Source: Candidatus Aenigmatarchaeota archaeon
GTDB taxonomy: Archaea; Aenigmatarchaeota; Aenigmatarchaeia; GW2011-AR5
Reading direction: 5' to 3'
DNA: 64,000 bases
NCBI GenBank assembly: GCA_039091535.1
Contig: JAWCLW010000001.1
Location: 145,073-209,072 of the forward strand
Of this stretch, positions 1 through 9,055 are shown piece after piece (positions within the stretch are counted from its first letter, which is position 1; the number at the start of each line of letters is the position of its first letter). A program made the translations under genes and the position numbers. The notes beneath the pieces were generated by a model that saw only the letters and a program-made list of their open reading frames with translations, ran no database searches and was not told where the DNA came from.

Positions 1-1003
1 AAAGGGTATAGAAGAAGCGATAAAGCATTGTATAACTCTTGAATACGGTGAGGTTTCTGATATAACACCAGATATGAGATTAACATTACAGAATGCAGGA
101 CATCTTATGGGCTCTTCAACTGCTCATATACATATAGGAGATGGTATGTATAACATACTTTATACAGGGGATATAAAATTTGAGAAGACAAAACTCTTTG
201 AACGTGCGTCCACTGATTTTACACGAGTAGAATCATTAATAATAGAATCAACATATGGGGCAAAAGATGATATCTTACCTTCTCATAAAGAGGGTGAGCT
301 TGCTCTTATACAAGCGGTGAAAAAAACAATAGAGCGTGGTGGTAGGGTTCTTATACCTTCATTTGCAGTAGGTAGAAGTCAAGATGTTATAGCAATACTT
401 GCTGACACCAACATAGATGTACCAATATATTTGGATGGTATGTTATGGGATGCGACTGCAATACATACAGCATATCCAGAATTCATGGCAAAATCAATAC
501 AAACGCAAATATTGCACAAAGGTAGAAATCCATTCCTTGACCCACGATTAAAGGGTATAGGCTCACAAAAAGAGAGAGAGGAAGTTTTTAATAGTACTCA
601 TCCTGCTGTTATAATAGCTACATCAGGCATGTTGGTGGGTGGTCCCGCATTAGAATATTTACAAAATTTGGCAGACAACCCAAAAAATACTTTGCTCTTT
701 GTTGGGTATCAAGGAGAGGGAACAATGGGTCGACGTATTCAGAAAGGATGGCGTGACATCCAATTAGATAATGGAAAAGTTTTAGAATTGAAATTAGAGA
801 TAGAAACAATACAAGGTCTTAGTGGACATAGTGACCATAGACAATTGTTGGACTTTATAAATCACATGCCAACAAAACCAAAAAAAATTATAGTTAACCA
901 TGGAGAAAATTCTAAATGTGTCGAGCTTGCAAGAACAATACACAAAACATATAAAATAGAAACAGTTGCAATGAAAAATTTAGAAACTATAAGGTTTAGA
1001 TAA
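1..1003 (+). CDS. aCPSF1-like beta-CASP / metallo-beta-lactamase ribonuclease, C-terminal ~330 aa (5' end lies upstream of the window)
   Basis: The frame of ORF 74..1003 stays open back to base 2 (..KGIEEAIKHCITLEYGEVSDITPD-MRLTLQNAGH..). It contains NAGHLMGSS, ESTYG, LSGHSDHRQL and VNHGE, which are MBL/beta-CASP-type signatures. Confidence 0.85.
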   Translation, partial: KGIEEAIKHCITLEYGEVSDITPDMRLTLQNAGHLMGSSTAHIHIGDGMYNILYTGDIKFEKTKLFERASTDFTRVESLIIESTYGAKDDILPSHKEGELALIQAVKKTIERGGRVLIPSFAVGRSQDVIAILADTNIDVPIYLDGMLWDATAIHTAYPEFMAKSIQTQILHKGRNPFLDPRLKGIGSQKEREEVFNSTHPAVIIATSGMLVGGPALEYLQNLADNPKNTLLFVGYQGEGTMGRRIQKGWRDIQLDNGKVLELKLEIETIQGLSGHSDHRQLLDFINHMPTKPKKIIVNHGENSKCVELARTIHKTYKIETVAMKNLETIRFR

Positions 1004-1053
1004 TACTTAAATAATTTCAAAAACGTAAGAATTTGAATAATGAGGCGGTATCG

Positions 1054-1233
1054 ATGCCAGCAAGTTATGGGAAAAGGATAAGAGAACTAGTTAATGAAGC
1101 AAAAAAGAAGTCAGGAATAAAATATAATTGTCCATCATGCTCGCGTTTATCTGTAAAAAGGCAAGCAAGTGGTTTGTGGTTTTGTAGAAAATGTAAAAGA
1201 AAATTTGCTTCAGATGCATTTGAATTTAAGTGA
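1054..1233 (+). CDS. rpl37ae: 50S ribosomal protein L37Ae (L43e)
   Basis: MPASYGKRIRE.. with zinc ribbon CPSC..(x15)..CRKC. ATG at 1054 is preferred over the TTG at 1033. It sits in the conserved archaeal L37ae-RpoP-prefoldin neighbourhood. Confidence 0.85.
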   Translation: MPASYGKRIRELVNEAKKKSGIKYNCPSCSRLSVKRQASGLWFCRKCKRKFASDAFEFK

Positions 1234-1239
1234 TTATTT

Positions 1240-1368
1240 ATGCCATATGTTTGTTTAAAATGTAGAAAGGAAATCGAAATAGAAGATAAGATAAGATGTC
1301 CATACTGTGGATTCAGAATATTAGCCAAACCTAGGACCCCATTCAGAAAAAGAGTAATCTCAAGATGA
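1240..1368 (+). CDS. rpoP: DNA-directed RNA polymerase subunit P (Rpo12)
   Basis: Hand-translated 42-aa ORF absent from the track: MPYVCLKCRKEIEIEDKIRCPYCGFRILAKPRTPFRKRVISR. It has a CxxC..CxxC zinc ribbon and lies directly after L37ae. Confidence 0.8.
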   Translation: MPYVCLKCRKEIEIEDKIRCPYCGFRILAKPRTPFRKRVISR

Positions 1369-1381
1369 TCATGGTGTATTT

Positions 1382-1717
1382 ATGGAAAATATAGAACAAA
1401 TCTTGAACCAACTCCAAGCACAGAATCAACAACTACAAACAATAATACTCCAGAAACAAACAATGATAATACAAGAAAAAGAAATAGAAAATGCTCTCGA
1501 GGCAATAGAAAAATCTGAAAGTGATATATATAAATCAGTTGGACCAATTTTGATAAAAACAAATAAGACAGATATAAAAAAAGAATTAGATGAACAAAAA
1601 AATGAAATTGCAATAAAAATGAAAACTCTTGAAATTCAGGAAAAAAAGCTCAAAGAAAAGATTAAGAATAATCAAGAGAAACTTCAACAACTTATGTCAG
1701 TTGGTCAAGGTGGGTGA
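1382..1717 (+). CDS. pfdB: prefoldin subunit beta
   Basis: 111-aa coiled-coil / beta-hairpin / coiled-coil layout (..DIYKSVGPILIKTNKTDIKKEL..) in the conserved gene context. Confidence 0.8.
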   Translation: MENIEQILNQLQAQNQQLQTIILQKQTMIIQEKEIENALEAIEKSESDIYKSVGPILIKTNKTDIKKELDEQKNEIAIKMKTLEIQEKKLKEKIKNNQEKLQQLMSVGQGG

Positions 1718-1724
1718 TGTTATT

Positions 1725-1988
1725 ATGAATACAGAACCTATAAATAAATTACTTGATGAAATTATTGTTGATAGAACAGTACCACGAAATATAAGAAGCA
1801 TTGTTGAGGAGGCAAAAAAAAGCTTAAATGATGAAAATCATGATATCGCCATCAGAATAAATGGAGCCATTTCTCTGCTTGAAGAGGCATCAAATGATAC
1901 AAATATACCAATTTATACAAGAACGCAGATATGGAATATTGTTTCTATGCTTGAAATCATGAATGAAGAGGAAAAGATAAAAAAATAA
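1725..1988 (+). CDS. UPF0147-family small archaeal protein
   Basis: MNTEPINKLLDEIIVDRTVPRNIRSIVEEAKK.. resembles the UPF0147 family that usually follows prefoldin beta. The ATG at 1725 removes the overlap created by the track's 1629 start. Confidence 0.6.
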   Translation: MNTEPINKLLDEIIVDRTVPRNIRSIVEEAKKSLNDENHDIAIRINGAISLLEEASNDTNIPIYTRTQIWNIVSMLEIMNEEEKIKK

Positions 1989-2054
1989 TTATTTACATAA
2001 TTAACATGATAGTTTTTAATATTTTTGAATAATAATATTACTGAAGGTGATTTT

Positions 2055-2387
2055 ATGAGGATATTCAATAAATCAGAAGAAAAGGAATTTGTAGAATTAG
2101 ATGTAGAGACAGAAGAACCAACAAACAAAAAACTCTTAATAGAAATAGAAAAACTTGAAAATTTCAATGATTCAGATAGATTGCAAAAAAAGGTACGTGA
2201 TGGTAATGTGCTCTTAGTGAAGATCAAAGAATTAAAAAATAAAGATATGAACGAACTCAAAAGAGCGATAGAAAAAATTAAAAAAACATGTCTTGCAATA
2301 GAGGGTGATATTGCTGGTATTGGAGAAGACTGGATAGTTGTCTGTCCATCAAACGTAAAAGTGCATAGAGAATTGGTAGAAGAATAA
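2055..2387 (+). CDS. sepF: SepF-like cell-division protein (DUF552-like)
   Basis: ~110 aa with the pattern ..IEIEKLENFNDSDRLQKKVRDGNVLLVKIKEL..IEGDIAGIGEDWIVVCPSNVKV.., which resembles archaeal SepF. Confidence 0.55.
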   Translation: MRIFNKSEEKEFVELDVETEEPTNKKLLIEIEKLENFNDSDRLQKKVRDGNVLLVKIKELKNKDMNELKRAIEKIKKTCLAIEGDIAGIGEDWIVVCPSNVKVHRELVEE

Positions 2388-2455
2388 AAAATAATTTGTA
2401 TTCATAAACAACAAAATTCTATTTTCACTTTCTTAATATCACAATTTCTTTAAAC

Positions 2456-3844
2456 TTAATAATTCTTTTCAAAATATTTTTCTTTAATAAATGCAGAAAG
2501 CTCTTTATCTTTTTTAATAGCTCTCCAAAAATCTTTGTGCTCTAATATTTTTGCCTTCCTCATTACTTTTGCTATATATGTTGGTATACCTTTTTCAATT
2601 AGAGATTCTTCATTATTTTTTATTAATTTTTTTAAAAAATCTGTTGCACTTATAAATTCTCTTCTCCTTTCAACAACCCATCTTATCCCTTCTATGTAAA
2701 TAAGAGAATTTTTATCATTCTTATATTTTTTCACAAATTCTTCTGAATGTTTATGTGAAAATATTGGTGGTCCTATCATCTTATTAACTTGTGGTAATCT
2801 CCATATCTCTAACTCAAAAATTAAGATAATATGCCTCTTCTTTACAAATTCATGAGCTCTTATAGGATAAAAATTATTGTGTATAAGCATGCTTTCTATT
2901 CTTTTTACTGCTTTTCTTATCTGTGGATATAATACATCCTCTATCACATCAGGTCTTTTCATAATAATGGCAACGAATTTTGTTTCACGACTATGCATAT
3001 TTTTTATCTGTTTTTCTGTAAGTGGTTTTTTCTCTTTTGGGAAAAAATAATTTATACTTGGTTTTGCAAGAAATCTTTTTGAAAAATTAATAAATTTAAC
3101 ATAATTATTTGCATTAAGTACAGAAGCCGCATTTCTGTTTATATCTGTTGGATCTATCAAAATTAATGGTTGCCTCGGAAATTTTTCTATATCTATTTTA
3201 TCTGATTCTATATGTCTAAAAAATATAATAGTTGGCGGCTTCCAATTTGTTGCCTCTTGCAAAACATTTTCAAATGTACCATACTTTAGAATCAATAACT
3301 CACAGATGTAACCAGAGAATCCGAGATGCTTTGCATCACTTCCATAAACACCAATACCTTTACAAAACTGTTTTAATATTCTTACTTCATCTCGCTTTTC
3401 CTCATCAAGATGCTCTATTATATAATTAAGATGTAATGGCGATCTATCAACCGCTGATTTAATATGTTCTCCTGATTTCATAGAATAACAAGGGACGATA
3501 TCAACATGGAAATCCGAAATTATAGCATGTGTATATGGATGTTCCGCATATTTTATTTTATATAAACCGTGCATCTCCTCTACAATTCTTTTTCCAAACT
3601 CCAAGCCCCTTTTCTCTAATTCTTCTCTTGTAGTATTATCAGGAAATATTATAAATAAATCTATGTCATGATCTCCGCGAAGCCACGTAAATTTTCCGAT
3701 AGATCCGCATACAATACATTCCAATCCACTAATAGTTTTTGCTATACGCACAAGCTCTTGAACAAATTTCTTTATTTTTTCTTCTTCTTGTTTTGTTGGT
3801 TTTATTCTATTCAGAACAGATTTTTTCACATCCTCTATTTGCAT
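2456..3844 (-). CDS. cca: CCA-adding enzyme (archaeal class I tRNA nucleotidyltransferase)
   Basis: 462 aa. The N-terminal nucleotidyltransferase motif GSIGKFTWLRGDHDIDLFIIFP and the overall length and layout are typical of archaeal Cca. Confidence 0.9.
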   Translation of the reverse strand: MQIEDVKKSVLNRIKPTKQEEEKIKKFVQELVRIAKTISGLECIVCGSIGKFTWLRGDHDIDLFIIFPDNTTREELEKRGLEFGKRIVEEMHGLYKIKYAEHPYTHAIISDFHVDIVPCYSMKSGEHIKSAVDRSPLHLNYIIEHLDEEKRDEVRILKQFCKGIGVYGSDAKHLGFSGYICELLILKYGTFENVLQEATNWKPPTIIFFRHIESDKIDIEKFPRQPLILIDPTDINRNAASVLNANNYVKFINFSKRFLAKPSINYFFPKEKKPLTEKQIKNMHSRETKFVAIIMKRPDVIEDVLYPQIRKAVKRIESMLIHNNFYPIRAHEFVKKRHIILIFELEIWRLPQVNKMIGPPIFSHKHSEEFVKKYKNDKNSLIYIEGIRWVVERRREFISATDFLKKLIKNNEESLIEKGIPTYIAKVMRKAKILEHKDFWRAIKKDKELSAFIKEKYFEKNY

Positions 3845-3885
3845 AAATTAATTATTATAGAAGAAGGTATATAAAATTGTAAAAT

Positions 3886-4260
3886 TTATTTACTTCGAAA
3901 TTTAACCCTTTCATCCTCAAAATTTTGACCCATAAGATCTAATCTTTCTTTTAATTTCGTAATCAAACCATATATTTTAGCAGTATCTGAAGATTTGATA
4001 TCTTTTATATTTTTTTCATATTCTCCTAATATTTTTTTAAAATAATCCGTAATTTTTCTAAAGTCACCATTTTCCAAAATAAATCTATGTGGTGTCATTG
4101 TAAAATCTTCCTTAACATGTATCCTTTCTATATCTTCTATTGCTCTTCCAACTAAAATAGATAGTGAATACCATTTATCTGAATTTTCTGTTAATTTATG
4201 AAGTTCTTTTAGTGTTTTTTTGTATTCACCAAACAAAATTGGTGATGTTATATAAGCCAT
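3886..4260 (-). CDS. hypothetical protein
   Basis: 124-aa ORF with ordinary, non-low-complexity composition. I recognise no motif. Confidence 0.45.
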   Translation of the reverse strand: MAYITSPILFGEYKKTLKELHKLTENSDKWYSLSILVGRAIEDIERIHVKEDFTMTPHRFILENGDFRKITDYFKKILGEYEKNIKDIKSSDTAKIYGLITKLKERLDLMGQNFEDERVKFRSK

Positions 4261-4320
4261 ATAGCTTACCTCTTTGAATATTTAAAATTTATATATATAA
4301 AAATTTATATAAAACTTTAT

Positions 4321-4521
4321 ATGGATTCATCTTTATTAGAGAAGATAACAGCATTTACATTGATATTTTTAGGTATTACTGTATTACTATGGTTAGTGGT
4401 CTTCATTTTCAATATAACATCATTAATCTCTTTATTTATCATATGTGCATTTGTGCTTTTCATACTTGCATTTATATCTGGAATTTTCATGTTTTTAGAA
4501 AGTAAAAGTGAGGCTCAATAA
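4321..4521 (+). CDS. small membrane protein (2 TM)
   Basis: 66 aa with two long hydrophobic stretches. It is intergenic and does not overlap other calls. Confidence 0.4.
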   Translation: MDSSLLEKITAFTLIFLGITVLLWLVVFIFNITSLISLFIICAFVLFILAFISGIFMFLESKSEAQ

Positions 4522-4563
4522 TAAATTTATATATAAATTTCTATTAATTGTTAAATATTTTAT

Positions 4564-4695
4564 GGGTCCGTAGCTCAGCCTGGTGCATGGTTGTTGAAGG
4601 ACGCATTGCAGGAAAGAGCATCGGCCTCTTATAAGTCTTTCAAAAGAAGGTTTGAAGAAAGCCGGGTGTCGCGGGTTCGAATCCCGTCGGACCCA
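4564..4695 (+). tRNA. tRNA-Lys(CUU) with two introns (D-loop and canonical 37/38)
   Basis: Acceptor GGGTCCG/CGGACCC and D-stem GCTC..GAGC. Anticodon stem TCGGC/GCCGG with loop CT-CTT-A. T-arm GCGGG-TTCGAAT-CCCGT. The cloverleaf needs removal of a ~28-nt insert in the D-loop (~4585..4612) and a 28-nt insert after position 37 (4632..4659). No CCA is encoded. Confidence 0.8.
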
Positions 4696-4727
4696 TTATT
4701 AACGTTCGTTAATATATATGACAGATT

Positions 4728-5156
4728 TTAAATTTTACAGATATCACACCCTGACTTGCATTCATCCTTATACACATTACAGCAATTTTCTAATTCAACA
4801 CCTACATTTTTATGACCATTGCATATTTCGCACATACCTGCACATTTTATCTCATCTAACTCCAATTTCTTACATTCTTGACATAATGAATATAGGCATG
4901 AAAATTTATCATGATCTTGACCAAACAAAAATTTACAAGCATCTAGGAATTTATCAAACTCTGTATCATATGTAACAGACCAGTCACATTTCCTTTCTTT
5001 ATATTTCTGGCATTCGGTATAAAATATCCTGTTTGCTTCACTCTTAGTCATCTGTTGTGTTGTTTGAAACATAAAAAAATAGATTAGTGCACTCAAGACT
5101 AATGCTGCAACTATCAAGATTACAATCATAGACAATGATAATGAAATGCCCTTCAT
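4728..5156 (-). CDS. class III signal peptide (type IV pilin-like) protein with Cys-rich C-terminal domain
   Basis: The ATG at 5156 gives MKGISLSLSMIVILIVAALVLSALIYFF.. (K-G followed by ~22 hydrophobic residues). The C-terminal ~110 aa carry 14 Cys. The track's extension to 5360 is Arg-rich and overlaps the upstream gene. Confidence 0.7.
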   Translation of the reverse strand: MKGISLSLSMIVILIVAALVLSALIYFFMFQTTQQMTKSEANRIFYTECQKYKERKCDWSVTYDTEFDKFLDACKFLFGQDHDKFSCLYSLCQECKKLELDEIKCAGMCEICNGHKNVGVELENCCNVYKDECKSGCDICKI

Positions 5157-5164
5157 ATTAAAAC

Positions 5165-8100
5165 CTATATCTCTTCTTTTCCATATCTCCATTCTTCTAT
5201 TTTTTCTTTTATTACTTCTCTTTTCATAAATAAAACTGCGACAATAATTATAATTATTATAATCAAAATAATCATTCCGAAATCGAAGCCTTCTTCTGTT
5301 GATTTTGGAATGATTGTTACACCTTCTTCTGTAGGACAGCCTTCTGGCACGATCTTCCATCCAAAAGAAGGAACATCACATGGTGTTTTAAAAGATGTGC
5401 ATGTTCCAGTTAGATTGTTTCTTGCCCATGTGGTCTTAATCTGATGGCAGTTTGAAACAAGTAAATATTTTTCCTCTTCTCTAACTTCATTTAAATATTT
5501 GGATTTTGAGAAGAATTTATACTCACCCTCCTTATTTATACCTACTTTATAAGATATTGTTACATTCTTACCACTTTCTAAATCAAGTTTCCAAGAATAT
5601 GCACTATAGTCTTTTTCTAATGAAACAGTTGATGGTCCTGTTGATATAACAGCAGATGTATTGCCGTAAACAGTTCTATTTATAACTGTCAAATTCTTTT
5701 CAACGTGTTCTGTCAATGTAAAATCTGATAATGTTATATATGGAATGATATGTAATTTAACATCTATCCAACCTGTTCTTGTTGTATCTTTCATCTCACG
5801 TATTACATCAAATAAATTACCTATTGTAGGGCCAGCACCACAGTATATCTCAGTAGAGTTATAACATATTAACTTATTTTCTGGATTGTGGACATATGCT
5901 TCTATTTTTTTCATTCCTGGTGTGCCCAATTGAATAGTATGTTTGAATTCTTTTGTTCTCATCATTTTACTTTCTTCATCCTCTATTTTTCCGTGTGCAT
6001 GATCTCCGCCATTCCATATAACACGCATGGTTGCATCATATCTATTTATTCTTGGATTGAATGAACAATTTTTTGATATTATATCTATATAACATTGTGG
6101 TATGGTTACATTTGGTTTTGTTGCTGGCATAACATCTATCCATGTTATTTTATCTGTTCCAATCTGAGAGCATCTTGTCTTGTCTACATAACATTTTACC
6201 TCGCGGCTCTGATTTCCACATTGTGTATTTGTTTTAAGTCCAACAGCACAATTTGAAAAGACTGCTGTGTTACCATACCAATAAGAGTAATTATTCCATA
6301 CACATTCGTTTGTACCTATTTTTAATTTTATACAATCAACACGTGGTGTAGATACTGTACACATTACATCTATATAACCTTTTTCCTCTGGACATGAATT
6401 ACTTACAGAAACATCAAGAATCTCTACACTTACATTCGTAATATATTTTGGCTGGACTTCACAATAACAATCACTCCATTCGCAATTTTCATTACATTGT
6501 TGTACACATGTGCATTTTCCATCAATTGTTACTATTGTCTTATTTTTTGTCTCACCATCAGAACATAATGCACCACATTTCCCTTTTGAACATACATATT
6601 TGTATTCATCAAAACTGCAGTCACATGTTGGTGTACAGAATCCATATTTATCACGGTATGCATATTTCTTTCCGTCGCACATCCATTCTTGTTGTATGCA
6701 ATTTCTGTTATTGTTTGTGTTTGGCAGTTCACACTTTTCATTTTGATCGACAATATTATCACCACATCCTGAACAACTGACAGTTATATTCTTTTCTTTT
6801 GGCAATACTGGTATACAATAATCTGTTTGAATAACATATCCTGTTAAATTAAATAAACCAAATCCACGTTTTGGACAAGAAAAGTATGATGCATCACCAT
6901 CTTGAGAAATAAATGAGCAATCTGTATTTCCTATTTTGCATTTTGAGCATGTTAGATTTTTGTTAATTCTTACAGAGCATTTAATGCTATTTGATTCGCA
7001 CTGCCCTGAAACATCAACAACATAAACATCTTTTGAATATACATTAATCTGATAGAAGTCTGTTTCGTCATGTATTTCTGTTGAGCAATCAGATTCTAAA
7101 GAGCCATAAACTCTGCACATGATTTTCCAATTGCCATCAGTTGTTGCATTCGATGATAGAGTAAATGTCTTTGAAAATCCAACAGGCATTTCCATACATC
7201 TTTCTTTAACAGTTGTTTTTTGTCCGCTAGGATCTACAAAATCACATTCAGGATATCCATAATAATTTGTATTTCCTATATTCTTTACAAAAATATTTGC
7301 CCTTATGTTATTTCCGCGTTCAATAGCACTTGGTATATTAACAGATTCTATTTTTAATAAACCAGCAGAGCCACGACAATACTTATTATACAATGATTCT
7401 ATACGTGTTCTTAATTCGTCTGTTTTTTGTCTTGCTATTGTAGTATTAGATTTTGCAGGCGATGCTATGACCGCATCGAGATAGGAGATGTGGTTTGTTA
7501 TATTTCTAATTATTATATTCAAAATATCATAACATGGCATGAGTCTTGTGCGTTCTGTTGCATTTTTATTCATTACTTCTTTAAGCGTTGATTGTGCCTT
7601 TTCATAATTTACCTTTGCATTTGTAAAATTATTTCTAATTTGTATTATTTCAGGCAAATTAACATAAGGACATGAAAAACTATAATTTGATGTACTTCTT
7701 ACATTGTATTCATTTTTTGCATAAAGATAATATGCACCTTTATGGTCAACACATCTCATAAGACATAGTGATTTATCATCACCACCACAAAGGCATGGTT
7801 TTCCATATCCACAATTGTTCTTATTAAAGTATGCTTCACAATTTTGAATTGTCGCATTTCTTGAACACACAATAAATTTTGTAAACATGAAATCCAGGTT
7901 TGCAGAAAATTCCACACCATCATCGACCTCTTTTTCGCAGCGGCCATCGCACAAGAAATATTGTTCTGATAAACAATCTTTTTCACAATTTTCATCTACC
8001 TCGCAAATACCATTTCCACATAAATTTATTTTATATTCAGCATAAGCCAAAGAAGATAATTTATTTGCTGTTGCATTTACAATTATACTATAAGATGATT

Positions 8101-9055
8101 CATCTGCTGTTATTGGTGATGTTATAAATAATTTTGCCTCGGCTGATTCATCTGGCTTTAATCTAAATGAATTTTGATCAAACTCTGCTTCCCAATTCTT
8201 AGGTACAACTGCTGTAAGTGTTATTGTGCTTGGATCAAAATCAGGAGGGTCATTGTTTATAACTTTTACAGTATACATTAACATTTGACCAGGAGAGCCA
8301 TCTAGAGTTTTTGGATTTATTTCAACAGAAGGTGGTCCTCTTGATGCAATAACATATTCTGCACTAATCTTATCAAAAATATTAAGTTCTTGTGAAAATG
8401 CTACAAATGTTATAGTATAAGATCCATCAGACTCTGTTAAATTTGAGGTTACTGTGAATGTAACATCTTTCTTAGAATTTGCTGACATCTGCAAATCTTT
8501 TTGTAAATTGTATGTCCATCCTTTTGGAACTTCTAAACCAAGTTTTAATGTAATTGATTTTGGATGCTTATTTTCTAGAGTAACTTTATAGTTTACTGTT
8601 TTCCCAGCAATTGTTGTTTGTGTTTTTGGTGTTATATCTGTTATAAAGTTTTTCTTTGTGAATACATTGAATTTTAATATCACATGTGGCTCATTTATCT
8701 CTAATTGCATTGCTGAACAATCTGGTGTGCATTTTTTACATTCGGCAGAATTTCCAAGAGATTCACATGTATTTTCGCAATATGCTATTCCAGCAGGACA
8801 CGATGCAGTTGTTGTTCCACATGATATACAATTAGAATATTCTGTATTGCAATTTCCAAATATATCACACTCTGTTTTTGTATCACATATCTGATTTCCT
8901 TGACATCCACGTCCTGTGAATGTCAATTGTGCATACACAAAAGGAATTATTAATACAGACACAAGTATAATTAAAAAAGATATAAAAATAATATTTTTTC
9001 TAATTAATTTGTTAAAATTGCATCTTTTATATTTCATATCAATCACATTCACCAA
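5165..9055 (-). CDS. giant secreted Cys-rich surface protein with C-terminal membrane anchor
   Basis: 1296 aa with an N-terminal signal (..LIILVSVLIIPFVYA-QL) and about 70 Cys by hand count. It has CGNGICEVDENCEKDC and CGDNIVDQNEKCELPN motifs and CARDB/NEW3-like beta-sandwich stretches (TVNYKVTLENKHPKSITLKLGLEVPKGW..). N-x-S/T sequons are abundant. The C-terminal TM is MIILIIIIIIIVAVLF followed by a charged tail. The start could instead be the ATG at 9037. Confidence 0.85.
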   Translation of the reverse strand: MVNVIDMKYKRCNFNKLIRKNIIFISFLIILVSVLIIPFVYAQLTFTGRGCQGNQICDTKTECDIFGNCNTEYSNCISCGTTTASCPAGIAYCENTCESLGNSAECKKCTPDCSAMQLEINEPHVILKFNVFTKKNFITDITPKTQTTIAGKTVNYKVTLENKHPKSITLKLGLEVPKGWTYNLQKDLQMSANSKKDVTFTVTSNLTESDGSYTITFVAFSQELNIFDKISAEYVIASRGPPSVEINPKTLDGSPGQMLMYTVKVINNDPPDFDPSTITLTAVVPKNWEAEFDQNSFRLKPDESAEAKLFITSPITADESSYSIIVNATANKLSSLAYAEYKINLCGNGICEVDENCEKDCLSEQYFLCDGRCEKEVDDGVEFSANLDFMFTKFIVCSRNATIQNCEAYFNKNNCGYGKPCLCGGDDKSLCLMRCVDHKGAYYLYAKNEYNVRSTSNYSFSCPYVNLPEIIQIRNNFTNAKVNYEKAQSTLKEVMNKNATERTRLMPCYDILNIIIRNITNHISYLDAVIASPAKSNTTIARQKTDELRTRIESLYNKYCRGSAGLLKIESVNIPSAIERGNNIRANIFVKNIGNTNYYGYPECDFVDPSGQKTTVKERCMEMPVGFSKTFTLSSNATTDGNWKIMCRVYGSLESDCSTEIHDETDFYQINVYSKDVYVVDVSGQCESNSIKCSVRINKNLTCSKCKIGNTDCSFISQDGDASYFSCPKRGFGLFNLTGYVIQTDYCIPVLPKEKNITVSCSGCGDNIVDQNEKCELPNTNNNRNCIQQEWMCDGKKYAYRDKYGFCTPTCDCSFDEYKYVCSKGKCGALCSDGETKNKTIVTIDGKCTCVQQCNENCEWSDCYCEVQPKYITNVSVEILDVSVSNSCPEEKGYIDVMCTVSTPRVDCIKLKIGTNECVWNNYSYWYGNTAVFSNCAVGLKTNTQCGNQSREVKCYVDKTRCSQIGTDKITWIDVMPATKPNVTIPQCYIDIISKNCSFNPRINRYDATMRVIWNGGDHAHGKIEDEESKMMRTKEFKHTIQLGTPGMKKIEAYVHNPENKLICYNSTEIYCGAGPTIGNLFDVIREMKDTTRTGWIDVKLHIIPYITLSDFTLTEHVEKNLTVINRTVYGNTSAVISTGPSTVSLEKDYSAYSWKLDLESGKNVTISYKVGINKEGEYKFFSKSKYLNEVREEEKYLLVSNCHQIKTTWARNNLTGTCTSFKTPCDVPSFGWKIVPEGCPTEEGVTIIPKSTEEGFDFGMIILIIIIIIIVAVLFMKREVIKEKIEEWRYGKEEI

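Noticed and set aside
1629-1724. Upstream extension of the UPF0147-like ORF overlapping prefoldin beta
   Set aside because: It overlaps the prefoldin 3' end by ~90 nt and is Lys/Arg-rich filler. The ATG at 1725 gives the conserved family N-terminus.
5165-5300. PGF-CTERM / archaeosortase-type sorting signal at the C-terminus of the 1296-aa protein
   Set aside because: There is a TM helix, but no PGF-like tripeptide in the right place, and the helix is followed by a ~20-residue charged tail. This fits a plain C-terminal anchor better.
5157-5360. N-terminal 68-codon extension of the pilin-like ORF (track start 5360)
   Set aside because: The extension is Arg/Asn-rich and overlaps the 3' end of the 1296-aa gene in another frame. 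The internal ATG at 5156 yields a textbook MKG + hydrophobic-helix leader.
6448-8894. Several 75-110-aa ORFs on both strands inside the 1296-aa gene (6448, 6510, 6532, 7756, 7900, 8658)
   Set aside because: All are nested in a much longer, motif-bearing ORF and have His/Leu/Phe-rich shadow-frame composition. No independent support.
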